Origin: Chiloscyllium plagiosum
Lineage: Eukaryota
Reading direction: 5' to 3'
Length of the DNA stretch: 64,000 nt
Assembly: GCF_004010195.1 (NCBI RefSeq)
Contig: NC_057718.1
Span: 96,788,138 to 96,852,137 of the forward strand
Program-made: the position numbers and the translations under genes
The notes under the pieces: model-generated
Database searches by the model: none
Seen by the model: the letters and a program-made list of their open reading frames with translations, nothing else
What the model was told of the DNA's origin: nothing
Shown here: positions 51,535-63,772 of the stretch, piece by piece
Layout of the letters: each line of letters begins with the position of its first letter
How positions within the stretch are numbered: position 1 is the first letter of the stretch

Positions 51535-52385
51535 TGACAGATCACCAATCTGTCCCAGACTGCCCCCGTTGAAGCGATGGTCAAGAAGGGACAACGCCCC
51601 TCCTTCCTCAGGACGCTAAAGAAATTCAGCATGTCCGCAAGGACCCTCACCAACTTGTACAGATGCAGCACAGAAAGCATCCTATCTGGGTGTATCACAG
51701 CTTGGTACAGCAATTGCTCTGCCCAGGACTGTAAGTAACTACAGAGAGTTGTGAACACAGCCCAGTCCATCACACAAACCAACTCCATCTACAATACTCG
51801 CTACCTCAGAAAGACAGCCAACATCATCAAAGACCCCTCCGACCCCGGATATAATCTCTTTCAACCTCTTGCATCAGGCAGAAAAATACAAACGCTCAAA
51901 CACACGTACCAACAGCTCCTTACCCGCTGTTACTAAACTTTTGACTGGACCTCTCAAAATTTCAAATTTAATGTTGATCTCGCTCTCTGTGCACATTCTC
52001 TGCAGCTGTAACACTGTGTTCCCCGCTCTGTTCAATTAGGAGAAAGTGAGGACTGCAGATGCTGGAGATCAGAGTCAAGAGTGTGATGCTGGGAAAGCAC
52101 AGCCAAGTCAGGCAGCATCCGAGGAGCAGGACAATTGACATTTCAGGCATGAGCCCTTCATCAGGAACATTGGGATGAAGGGCTTTTGCCTGAAACGTCG
52201 ACTCCTCCTGCTCCTCGGATGCTGCCTGACTGCAGTGCTTTTCCAGCACCACACTCTCGACTCTGATCTATTAGCTTTACGCACCGTGTATGGCATGACC
52301 GGCCTGTACCACGTGCAAAACAACAAAAAATAACTTGTCATTGTACCTGGGTACATGTGACAATAATAAATCAAATCAAACCAAA
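51535..52385 (+). mobile_element. Rex1/Babar-type LINE 3' end (tail interrupted by a Penelope palindrome)
   Basis: FLRTLKKFSMSARTLTNLYRCSTESILSGCITAWYSNCSAQD...LQRVVNTAQSI...IIKDPSDPGYNLFQPLASG; tail aataaatcaaatcaaa. Confidence 0.75.
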
Positions 52386-52618
52386 ACGCCGATGATTCCA
52401 CCGGGAACCTCCCTTGCTCTGCCGCTCTGGGATCACAGCAGTTTTCAAACTCCCAAATCAGACATTTGAGCAGCACATTATAAACCCTGTGCTAAAGTTA
52501 CCGTTTTGTAAATCATAGAATCCCTACAGTGTGCAAACAGGCCATTTGGTCCCATACCGACGCTCCAAAGAGTAACCCACCCAGCCCCATTCCCCTACAT
52601 TTACCCATGACTAATGTA

Positions 52619-52829
52619 GCTGAAAATGTGTTGCTGGAAAAGCGCAGCAGGTCAGGCAGCACCCAAGGAACAGGAGAATCGACGTTTCGGGCATAAGCCC
52701 TTCCTGAAGAAGGACTAATGCCCGAAACGTCGATTCTCCTGCTCCTTGGATGCTGCCTGACCTGCTGCGCTTTTCCAGCATACCATTTTCAGCTCTGATC
52801 TCCAGCATCTGCAGTCCTCACTTTCTCCT
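52619..52829. mobile_element. Penelope-derived palindromic element (family A) with 14-bp TSD, inserted in an HE1 SINE
   Basis: Inverted arms gctggaaaagcgcagcaggtcaggcagc / gctgcctgacctgctgcgcttttccagc. Flanked by ccatgactaatgta at 52605-52618 and 52830-52843. Similar copies at 50325-50520 and 52038-52270. Confidence 0.8.
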
Positions 52830-54282
52830 CCATGACTAATGTACCTAGTCTACACATCCCTGAACACTATGGTTAATTTAGCATGACCAATTCACCTGAC
52901 TGCACATCTTTGGATCGTGGAAGGAAATCGGAGCACCCGGAGGAAACCCACACAGACACGGGGAGAAACTCCACACAGACAGTCACCAGAGCCTGGAATT
53001 GAACCCGGGTCCCTGGCGCTATGAGGCAGCCGTGCTAACCACTGAGCCACCGTGCCGCCTCCATCCCTCGCGGTATTGGAGCAGCGGGAGGACTTGAACC
53101 CAGGTCTCCGGGTTCAAAGGGAGTGGTGTTTCTGCTGAATCACAAAAGCTCCAATTGCAATCTCTTTACTGTGAATCGGTTTTAGCAGCTACATTGACAC
53201 TAATCTCACAGAAAGCTCAAACTCTAACAGGACTAGACAGGATAAATGCAACAAGGATGCTCCTGATGACAAGGGAGTCCAGATCCGGGGGGCGGAGGGG
53301 CTCACAGACTATGGATACAGGGGCAGGCCATTTCAGAATGTCTTCACCCAGAGAGCAGCAAGCCTGTGGAATTCTCTGTCACAGAAAGCAGTTGAGGCCA
53401 AAACCTTGAATGCTTTCAAGAAGGACTTAGATACAGTTCTTAAAGTTAAAGGGATCAAAGGGTGTGGAGCAGGAACTGGGGTGCGAGTTGGATGATCAGC
53501 CATGATCGAAGGGCTGAACGGCCTCCTCCTGCTCCCATTTTGTGTTTCCGTTGAAAGAGACAAAAATTCAGAAGTTTGAAGAAACCAGACAGGGGGAGGG
53601 GGAACTGAAAGAAGGACCCATTGCATCAAAGAAAAAGCTGCCTGTCAATTATTCCACCCACAAATTAAATTCAAAAAAGATTTGCTGTTTCGACTTGTGC
53701 ATTTCAAAGGCACACTCACGCTCTTAAAAAATTTAGAATCCACGTTATTGACAGATCTTAAGAAAGCCAATTGAGAATCCCAACTGTGGAATTTAACCAG
53801 GGTGTGCTTACTCAATATCATCCCTTCAGGCAATGCTCTAGAGGCATCCAAACTGCATTGATTTTCATAATGCATTCTCTTGATATGAAGCATTAAATCA
53901 AAGATGTGTTGAAGAGATGAAAGAGCTCTAAGAGATGGGCCAGTTTCTCTGTCTCTCTCTGCAGTTTAGTTCCATCGCACAGGTCTGTACCGGGGAGTGC
54001 AGAATCCAATCTTTGGATATGAAAGATAAACTGGACATCATTGTACTAACCAAATTTCTAACGTCACCATTTTCCGCAAAGATCGACCGTGACGCTAAGA
54101 CACAAACATTCACGCCACATTGCGGGAGGTTTTTAAGCAGAGGGCTACCTTACAACAAAGACAGAGTCCATTCTCCCTCCATCAGTTACAAAACCAATGG
54201 GCCTCAGCATCAGGCCCAGTGGGGTGAATTCATCAACTTTTCGAGATTGTCAGATTCTGTTTTATTCTTAATAATTCATTCA

Positions 54283-54965
54283 GAGTCATAGAGATGTACA
54301 GCACAGAAACAGACCCTTCGGTCCAACTCTTCCATGCCGACCAGATATCCCAAATTAATCTAGTCCCATTTGCCAGCATTTGGCCCATATCCCTCTAAAC
54401 CCTTTCTATTCATGTACCCATCCAGATGCCTTTTCAATGTCAGACATGATGTGCAGTAGCCAGTGTTGGACTAGGGTGGACAAAGTTAAAAACCACACAA
54501 TATCTGGTTATAGTCCAACAGGTTTATTTGGAAGCACTAGCTTTCGGAGCACTGCACGTTTGTGAGGTAACCAGTGGGGCTAGATCACAGCATATTGAAT
54601 TTATAATACAAGATAACACTAGCTACAGGATGAAGGAGCGACGCTCCGAAAGCTAGTGCTTCCACATAAACCTGTTGGACTATAACCTGATGTTGTGGGA
54701 TTTTTAACTTTTAAATGTTACAAATGTACCAGCCTCCACCACTTCCTCTGGCAGCTCATTCCACACACACACCATCTTCTGTGTGAAAAAGTTGCCCCTT
54801 AGGTCCCCTTTATACCTTCCCCCCTCACCCTAAACCTATGCCCTCTAGTTCTGGACTCCCCCACCCCAGGGAAAAGACTTTGTCTATTTGTCCTATCCAT
54901 GCCCCTCATGATTTTATAATCCTCTGTGAGGTCCTGAGCCTCCGCGCTCCAAGCAAAACAGCTCC
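54283..54965 (-). mobile_element. CR1 3' fragment interrupted by a Penelope palindrome
   Basis: YKIMRGMDRTNRQSLFPGVGESRTRGHRFRVRGE, plus tail; insert at about 54441-54710. Confidence 0.85.
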
Positions 54966-55931
54966 AGCCTATTGAGAGATTTCTGGTGCTCAAGCAAGGG
55001 ATAATAAAGATTTGAACGAAAAGGATTTTAACATAAGATATCAGAATCCCAATGAGAGAGACTCTTTCCAGGCTGACCCGTTTCTTCATCTGCTTGGATG
55101 CAGGAGTCATGAGAAAAATGGAGAAAGGCCATTCAGTCCATCTAGTCTGTGCTGCTATTCAATTAGATCACAGTTGGGTCTCTGTTGCTCGGTGTAGCCC
55201 CATTACCCACCACTAGCACAGAAAAGCTTATTAATCTCAGAATCATTAGGGTACCAATGGAGATGGTTGAGCCCATCTTCCCTGCACATCCCAGATTGAT
55301 CAACTGAGCCCTTCTTTCAACTATCGGCCGATACGCCCATTCTCCTGCTCCTCGGATGCTGCCTGACGTGCTGTGCTTTCTCAGCACCACTCTAATCTTG
55401 ACTGCCAGAGGAAGTGGTGGAGGCTGGTACAGTTACAACATTTAAAAGGCATCTGGATGGGTACAGGAATAGGAAGAGTTTAGAGGGATATGGGCCAAAT
55501 ACTGGCAAATGGGACTTGATTAATTTAGGATATCTGGTCGGCATGGACAAGGTGGACCGAAGGGTCTGCTTCCGTGCTGTGCGTCGCTATGACTCCCAAA
55601 TACCTCTGCGCTGCAGCTTTCTGCAGGCTTTCTCCATTTAAATAACATTCAGCGAGATCTTTCCTGTTTTAGAATAGAAAGCGCAGATAGTGTCACTGCA
55701 AACAGACAGCAGGATGCAAGGACGGGAAGAAAAAGACATCAGCCAGGGTTCCATACAATCCTCCAGCAAGGTTTGGAAGGATATGCTTGTTCAGGTTTGT
55801 GAAGCACACAGTGAAGACTTGCCTGGAGACAGGGCAACACAGTTAACAGAATGAGAGAGTTGGAGGGTTAAAGTGAGAGGACAGTACGTCAACAGATGTT
55901 TCAGAAGGTTTCACAGGTGATCCCAATAGAT

Positions 55932-56282
55932 TGGCACGGTGGCTCAGCGGTTAGCACTGCTGCCTCACAGCGCCAGGGACCCAGGTTCGATTCCAGCCTC
56001 GGGCGACCGTCTGTGTGGAGTTTGCACATTCTCCCCGTGTCTGCGTGGGTTTCCTCCATGCGCTCCGCTTTCCTCCCACAGTCCAAACATGTGCAGGTTA
56101 TGGTGGATTGGCCATGGGAAATTGCCCCATAGTGTCCAAGGATGCACAGGCCAGGTCGATTAGCCATGGGAAATGCAGAATTACAGGGATAGGAAGGTGG
56201 GTCTGGGTGGGATACTCTTCAGAGGGCTGGTGTGGACCCGATTGGCTGAATGGCCTGCTCCCACACTGTGGGGATTCCATGA
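55932..56282 (+). mobile_element. HE1-type SINE
   Basis: Full head/core/tail. Confidence 0.85.
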
Positions 56283-56894
56283 TAATCGCACGGATTGGAT
56301 GTGGAAGACACGGATAACATATTTCTGCTGCAGGTTGAATCCAGGTAGAAAACAGAAGGCCTGCAGTTAAAAATCAGAGTTGGGCCATTTCACAGTGAGA
56401 TCTTTATGCCTGAGACATAACCTACAAGATGGTGGAAATTCCTCTCACTCGCTCCAGCAAAACATTGCTGTGACAATTGAACTGAGACCTTGCTGCTTTA
56501 CATCGTGGTGGGACATGGGCACCGCTGGCTGTGTCAGTATTTATTGCCCGTCCCTAGTTGCCCCGGAGAAGGTGGGGGAGAGCTGCCCTTTCTTGAACCG
56601 CTGCAGTCCATGGATGAGGGGGCAGAGGAGATTCACCAGGGAATGAAGCATCTCAGCCACGCAGAGGCGCTGGGTAAGCTCAAGTTGTTTTCTTTCAAGC
56701 AGAGAAGCGTGACTGGGGAACTGTGTAAGATTACGTGGGACATGGACAGGCTGAACAGTGGGCAGCTTGTCCCTGTTAGTCGAATAACGGGCGGAATCAC
56801 TTTAAGATGAAAGGCAGGCGGTTTATTGGGAATTTAAGGAAAAGGATTTTCACTCAGAGGGCAGTGGGAGTCTAGAACGCACTATCTGGGGGGG

Positions 56895-56994
56895 GGGGTA
56901 GAGAAGGGAAACTTAATTTTTAAAACCTGCACAGATGAAATAGAGGGGTAGAGAAGGGAAACTTAATTTTTAAAACCTGCACAGATGAAATAGA
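56895..56994. repeat. Exact 50-bp tandem duplication
   Basis: ggggtagagaagggaaacttaatttttaaaacctgcacagatgaaataga occurs twice. Confidence 0.9.
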
Positions 56995-57399
56995 ACATTC
57001 AACACTATGGGCCAAGTGCTGGAAAGTGGGTAAAGAGTAGATAGGTCAGCACAGACTCAATGGACTGAAGGGCCTCTCCTATAGTGTATGTCTCAATGTG
57101 TTGTAGGTTGACCCACAATTTCACAAGGGAGGGAGTTCCAGGATTCTGACCCAGTGACACTGAAGGGACGACCGATATATTTCCAGGTCAGGATGGGGAG
57201 TGGTCTGAGGGGGACCTACAGGGGTCAGTGTTCCCATATACCTGCCACCCTTGTCCTTCTAGATGGCAGTCGTCATACATCCAGAAGGTGCTGGCTAAGG
57301 AGCCTTGGTGAATTTCTGCAGTGCATGATGGGGGAAAAGAGGGCAAGTAAACGTGGCCAATGTGCAGACCAACCTCGATCTGACAGAAGGTCAGACCGT

Positions 57400-57925
57400 A
57401 CACAAAGACCTCTTCTGGAATATTGTCTCCAGTTCTGGTCACCCTGTTACAGGAAAGATATTAGTTAGCGAGAGAAGGTTCAGAAGAGATCTACAAGGAT
57501 GTTGCCAGGAGTGAAGGGATTGAGCTATAAGGAAAGGCTTTGACTTTTTTCCACTGGGAGTTGAGGAGGGACCTCAGAGATTTATACAATCATGAGGGGT
57601 ATAGAGAAGGTGAATGGCAGGTGTCTTTACTCCAGGGTGGGGACTCCAAGGCCATGGGGTATATTTTTTAAGGTGAGAGGATAGACATTTACAAAAAAAA
57701 GATACGAGGGGCAAGTTCTTTTCACAGTGAGTGGTTCGTGTGAGGAATGGCCTTCGAAAGGAAGTGTTGGATGTGGGTACAGTTACAGCATTTAAAAGAC
57801 ATTGAGATAATTACATGTAGAGGAAATGTTTGGAGGGATATGGGCCAGGAGCAGGCAGGTGGGATTATGGTCAGCATGGACTGGTTTGACCGAAGGGTCT
57901 GTTTCCCTGCTGTCTGACTCTACGA
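57400..57925 (+). mobile_element. Degenerate CR1 3' fragment
   Basis: RPLLEYCLQFWSPCYRKDI and CR1 tail. Confidence 0.8.
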
Positions 57926-58795
57926 CTGAATCTCTCCTGGATCCTATCGGCGAGGACAATATGTGCACCCTCATCCTACGTTTGTTTACGACTCCTAGGC
58001 TCCGGTATCATTCAGGGACCTCCCTTGCGGATTCAATTAAAAGAAAGACATTACAAAATACAACTTGCTGACCTTATTAAGGTTCCCGAGGACTCTGCGC
58101 CTCAGAGAAGCCACTATTCACACATCGCCTCAGACCCAGTGAGATCAAACACAAACTCATTTGACAAAACCATCAGAATAAAACAGGGGAAGGAATTCTG
58201 AAGGAAATATTTAAACCTGCGCATCAGAACATCAAAGGAGCATTTGCACCGAATTTTAGTCAGCCCCAGGGTAACCAGTGGTAAATCAGTGCACTACTTA
58301 TTTTTTTAAACTATGCTCACATTAAAGCAAATGCTGGAAACCTGAAACAAAACCAGAGAACGCTGGTGGAACTCAGCAGGTATGGCATCATCCGTGGGGA
58401 GAGAGAGAGACAGAGTTAACACTTTGAGTCCAGTTTGACTCTCTTTCAGAACTGAATACTTCCCTGTGAAGGTGGTGGATTCAACCTCTTTTGAAGAAGA
58501 GTAACATTGGGCTCAAAATGCTAACGGTGTTTGTCCCTCTGCACCGTCTGAGTTCCTCCAACATTTCGTCTACAGTACACTTGTCCTTTACATTTTGCCC
58601 AAGAGTCAAAACGTCGGCTCATTTCTGGTGCAAATTTAAGATTGGTGGACACTGGCAGGTAGCTACGTGCAGCCCGAGCTATGACAGACAGGTATCGGTC
58701 TGCAAGAACATTCCACTCTCGCAATCACAATATCCCCCCCGTAAGGAACAGACAACAAAATGTGATCATTCTTCCATACCGTCGCTGGCACTCAC

Positions 58796-58841
58796 CCTGA
58801 TCCAGACAGAGAGTCGGAAAAGACCAGCCATCCCAGACATT
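58796..58841 (-). CDS. TMX4: TMX4 exon 5
   Basis: Acceptor cctttcag|A. Encodes MSGMAGLFRLSVWIR (MSGMAGLF is TMX4-typical). Donor AGG|GTGAGT; 46 nt. Confidence 0.93.
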
Positions 58842-59297
58842 CTGAAAGGAAGACGAGGAAAGAACAGAACAAGTAAATTAATTGGCAGGAATGAATCAAC
58901 CCCGCTCCTCCGTCTGCTAACAAACTCTGCTTCAGGGCAGGGCGACAGTGTTGGAATGGGTCGGCTATGGGCCAAATGGCCTCTTCCTGTGGTACTTGAT
59001 GCTAATCCATTAGAGGGCAAGGTGACGGGAGGACCCTCCTCTAAAATGGAGAGGAAAAAATTGCCTTGACACGGTTACTGTCCTGGCACTGCCTCAGGAT
59101 TTAAGTGTCCCCTACAAGCAATGAGGTTGGTTTGGAAGGTGTAGGTGACACTCCAATGTACCCAGTTTGCCAATGGGATCCAAGCCTCATCCACAAGGCT
59201 AGCACCTGTTCTCCCTGAGAAGATGATGGTGAGCTGCACCACTTTAATGTGCTGTAGCCTACTGGAGGAACAGGATTAACATATAAACTTGAAAAAG

Positions 59298-59980
59298 TGG
59301 CAGCACAGTGTCTCAGTGTCTTGCACTGCAGCCTCACAGCGCCAGGGACCCAGGTTCGATTCCAGCCTCGGGCGACTGTCTATGTGGAGTTTGCACATTC
59401 TCCCAGTGTCTGCGTGGGTTTCCTCCGGGTGCTCCGGTTTCCTCCTGCAATCCAAAGACGTGCAGGTAAGGGTGGACTGACGTGGGAAAGTGCCCATAGT
59501 GTTCAGGGATGTTTAAGTTAGGTGGACCATGCGTGGACAATGCCAGGGTACAGGGATAGGGATAGGGGTAGGAGTGTGAGTCTGGGAGCAGTGCTCTTCG
59601 GAGAGTTGGTGTGGACTTGTTGGGCCAAATGGCCTGTTTCCACACTGTCGGGATTCTATTCTATTAGATTAGATTAGATTAGATTACAGTGTGGAAACAG
59701 GCCCTTCGGCCCAACAAGTCCACACCAACCCGCCGAAGCGCAACCCACCCATTCCCGTACATTTACCCCTTACCTAACACTACGGGCAATTTAGCATGGC
59801 TAATTTACCTGACCTGCACATCTTTGGACTGTGGGAGGAAACCGGAGCACCCGGAGGAAACCCACGCAGACACGGGGAGAATGTGCAAACTCCACACAGT
59901 CAGTCGCCTGAGGCGGGAATTGAACCCGGGTCTCTGGCGCTGTGAGGCAGCAGTGCTAACCACTGTGCCACCGTGTCGCC
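59298..59980. mobile_element. Tail-to-tail pair of HE1 SINEs (+ 59298-59660; - 59663-59980)
   Basis: Two full copies in inverted orientation joined at their (TCTAA)/(TTCTA) tails. Confidence 0.88.
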
Positions 59981-60429
59981 CATATTCTATGAAACACAAC
60001 TATCCAAAGGGATGTTCAAGAATTGACGCTGTAATTAACTAATTAGCTGTTGCTCAGGGTGACAGGGACAGGAGGACCTCCTCACTAACCCCTCTTCAGA
60101 CAAGGAGCACAGGGTCAACAATTCATCTCAATGTCAGCACCTCTGACGGTGCCGCATTCCCCCAATAGCGCAGTACCTGCTCTACGAGCTAAACAGACTG
60201 TCGAGGTCTCACGTCCAACTCCAGTCTGGACTAAGCCAGCAAAGCATCAGGGCTCACTCCCCGATCGGCCTGATTTGTGTGGAGTGGAGGAAGTGCAACC
60301 CATAACAAGCAGGGCTTGAACGTACGTTTCTCTGGAAATAATGCGGCACATCTGACTCAGTGGCGTTAGCACCAAGTGGGCTGCCAGTGTCAAGTATTTA
60401 TTTCTGCGAGCAAGAAATGAAGTCATTAC

Positions 60430-60558
60430 ACAACAGAAGACGGAGATTTCCACCCGCTAATCGACTCAACAGCCTCCCACTTCTTCTCCTTAATGAAACT
60501 CCGGAAATCCTCCAGCATCCTTGCTCCGTGATATTTCCGAAAGACGCCTTCTTTGGCA
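60430..60558 (-). CDS. TMX4: TMX4 exon 4
   Basis: Acceptor ttgtcag|T. Encodes AKEGVFRKYHGARMLEDFRSFIKEKKWEAVESISGWKSPSSV(V) (cf. human AKDGIFRRYRG...EKKWQSVEPLTGWKSP). Donor GT|GTAATG; 129 nt. Confidence 0.93.
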
Positions 60559-61749
60559 CTGACAAGAGGGAAACAACGACAAAGGGTGGGTTTGAAATAT
60601 GAAGCTCGGTCCATTGAAAAAAGAAACAGTCAAGCAATTTCCAGTCATGCAGAAAACCATAACTAAAGTGCGGGCAGGGGGCTCAAAGTGCAGCAGCTGA
60701 TTGTGTACAAATGAGCAAAACGATAAATAATGGAGAGTTCGCATTATGAATGTTCACACTGCGTTCACCAATCCTGCCTTCCCTGTGGTCAGGAAAGCTG
60801 CTGATCCATGAACTCTACCTCACCCCTGGGAACGTGGAGCAACCACCACGAGAGGATTCGGCCATTTTATCCCCAGGAACAGGGAGCATTGGTATGTCAA
60901 CAGAACTGGCTCACCCTCTACAGTCTATGACAACTGTCACAAATGTCTGCCTTGACAGAAGGGGAAAACACTGATGGCTTCAGCCAGATCTGTTGCAAAT
61001 CACTTCAGACCAATGGGTCTTTTATGTAATCTCAAGAGATTCTGGCTGGGCCCAGCATTTGATGCCCATCTTCTCCTTGCTCTTGAGAAGGTTTGGAATG
61101 AGCTGCCTTCTTGAACCGCTGGTGTCCACCTGCTGTGGGTTGACCCACAATGCCCTCAGGGAGGGAATTCCAGGATTTTGACCCAGCGACATTGAAGGAG
61201 CGGCAATATATTTCCAACTCAGGAATGTGAGGGGCTTGGAGGGGAACTTGTAGGTGGTGGCGTTTGCAAGTACCTGCCACCCTTATCTTTCCAGATGGAA
61301 GTGGTTGTGGATTTGGAAGATGCTAAGTAAAGTGGTCACTTATTCTCTCAGGTAAAACGGACGCATGCAGGGAATGGGAGTAGGGAGAGGAGGCATTGAT
61401 GTCAGAGGAGTGCCCAATAACAAGAACCTTGCTTCAGATATATTTAAAATCAAACAATACAGAAGATTTTTATAACACTCCTCTGGAGCAGGTGGGACTT
61501 GAACCTGGACATCCTGGCTCAGGAGGTGGGGACACTACCACTGTACCACAAGGGTCCCTATGAATTTTACTGCACTCTTACACAATAAGCACGAGGCCAC
61601 CGAGCTGAAAGGACGAGTCGGTTTAAGAATACGGGGATCAAGGGAAACTATCGGAGTGCCTGGAAAAGCGGATAACAGCGTAAATTCTACTCGAGTCAAT
61701 GAACGTTCCAGCCCCACGCAAGGACAAGAAAGGCAATCACTGTACTCAC

Positions 61750-61795
61750 TGGTAAATGGTTGGCAAAGTGGTGACAAAGAAGCGGCCGCTCAAAC
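61750..61795 (-). CDS. TMX4: Thioredoxin-related transmembrane protein 4, exon 3
   Basis: Not in the ORF track. atcag|GT TTG AGC GGC CGC TTC TTT GTC ACC ACT TTG CCA ACC ATT TAC CA|gtgagt = (G)LSGRFFVTTLPTIY(H), the TMX1/TMX4 thioredoxin-fold cis-Pro segment; 46 nt. Confidence 0.92.
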
Positions 61796-62069
61796 CTGAT
61801 TTGAAGGAAAAAGAAAAATTAGACGGTCACTGTATTTCGGTTTCACCCCCTAACAACTATCGAGGTCAGAGAAGACAATACCGGGATTCCTTTATGACTG
61901 CACTTTCCGTCCTGTGGACCCCTCTATGAGTCATGAGTTGGGTGCTTATAGGTTCAAGTGATGTGACTGGTGCCTGAACACATACACGACAAGCGCGATG
62001 GCAAGGGGTTGGTCAATTCAGTCCCAGTCCTTGTCCACAGCACCTGCATGCTGTGTCTCCAATGCAATG

Positions 62070-62435
62070 GTCCCTTATAGAGGTTTATAAAACCATGAGG
62101 GGCATGGATAGAATAAACAGACAAGGTCTTTTCCCTGGGGTGGAGGAGTCCAGAACCAAAGGGCATAGGTTTAGGGTGAGAGGGGAATAAAAGTGACCTC
62201 TGGGGCAACTTTTTCCACACAGAGTGTGGTACGTGTATGGAATGAGCTGCCAGAGGAAGTGGTAAAGGCTGGTTTAATTGCAACATTTACAAGGCATCTT
62301 TGATGAGTAGGAAGGGCTTAGAGGGATATGGACCAAGTGCTGGCAAATGGGACTAGATTAATTTAGGATATCTGGTCAGCATGGACAAATTGAACCAAAG
62401 GGTCTGTTTCTGTGCTCTAAGTCTCTGCAACTCTT
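62070..62435 (+). mobile_element. CR1 3' fragment
   Basis: Nucleotide match to the CR1 copies at 19925 and 37720. Confidence 0.85.
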
Positions 62436-63149
62436 GAGTCAAGATACATTTACAAAAATAAATACAATGGCGTTGTAAGTGAAGATACAGGAATACAATT
62501 ACGTGTGGCAGTGCTGCAGTTAGAGTCGCACCTCAAGGATGGTCATGTCACAGGACCAATTCCCATGAAATCATCCCGCTTCAGGGTCAGAAAACATTCA
62601 GATCATTCAACCGATGATGTCCACAACACTAGGTGGCGCAACTGTACACAGACTCAGCAGGAACTCCAGCCACGAAATAAAAACCAAAAGAAAATGTGGA
62701 CGCTGGAAATCAGAAACAGAAGTTGCTGGAAAAGCTCAGCAGGTCCGGCAGCATCGGTGGAGAGAAATCAGACTTAATGTTTCGTGTCCGCTGTTCTGAG
62801 GGAGGCTCACTCTGCTTTCTCTCTCCACAGACCCTGCCGGACCCGCTGAGCTTTTCCAGCAACTTCTGTTTTTGTGTGTATCCCTGGGCACACTCGCATA
62901 TCCAACTGCAGTAGCTGCAACTTTGACTGAACCCTTGAAGTGACTGCTCTGAAGCGACTGGTGGCCGCTAATCCCAAACTGAGCCGCTTTCTTCAAAGAA
63001 TCACACGCTTTGAGTGTCTTTTTGGCCGGGGGGGAGGGGGGGGGGGGGTGGTGTGCAGAGTTAGCATGTTGGCATCAACAACTGAACAGGCCAATAGCCT
63101 ACTCTACAGCCAGAGTCTCAAGTCAAAGCACTGTTGTTAACAGCATGGA

Positions 63150-63772
63150 ATCAAACAGCACAGAAACAGACCCTTCGGTCCAACTCATCCATGCCGACCC
63201 AGAGATCCGAACCTAATCTAGTTCCACTTGCTAGCACTTGGCCCATATCACTCTAAACCCTTCCTATTCATACACCCATCTTTTAAGTGTTATGATGTGG
63301 AGCTGCTGGTGTTGGACTGGGGTGGACAATGTTAAAAATCACACAACACCAGGTTATAGTCCAACAGGTTTAATTGGAAGCACTAGCTTTTGGAGAGCTG
63401 CTCCTTCATCAGGTGGTTGTGGAGGACACAATTGTTAGACACAGAATTGCACACAATTTTGCTATAAATTCTGTGTCTTACAATTGTGTCCTCCACAACC
63501 ACCTGATGAAGGAGCGGCGCTCCAAGAACTATGCTTCCAAATAAACCTGTTGGACTATAACCTGGTGCTGTGCGATCTTTCACTTTTAAATGTTGTAATT
63601 GTACCAGCCTCCACCACATCCTCTGGCAGCTCATTCCATACCCGTACCACCCTCTGTGTGAAAAAAGTCACCCATTAGGTCCCTTTTAAACCTTTCCCCT
63701 CTCACCCTAAACCGATACCATCTAGTTTTGGACTCCCCTAGTCTGGGGAAAAGACCTTGGCTATTTACCCTT
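63150..63772 (-). mobile_element. CR1 3' fragment interrupted by a Penelope palindrome
   Basis: CR1 tail and the accagcctccaccac...catacccgtaccacc block; insert at about 63291-63583. Confidence 0.85.

Noticed and set aside
59689..60042. Recurrent MWKQALRPNKST... ORFs and tRNA-like heads
   Set aside because: These are HE1 SINE copies, not protein genes or tRNA genes.
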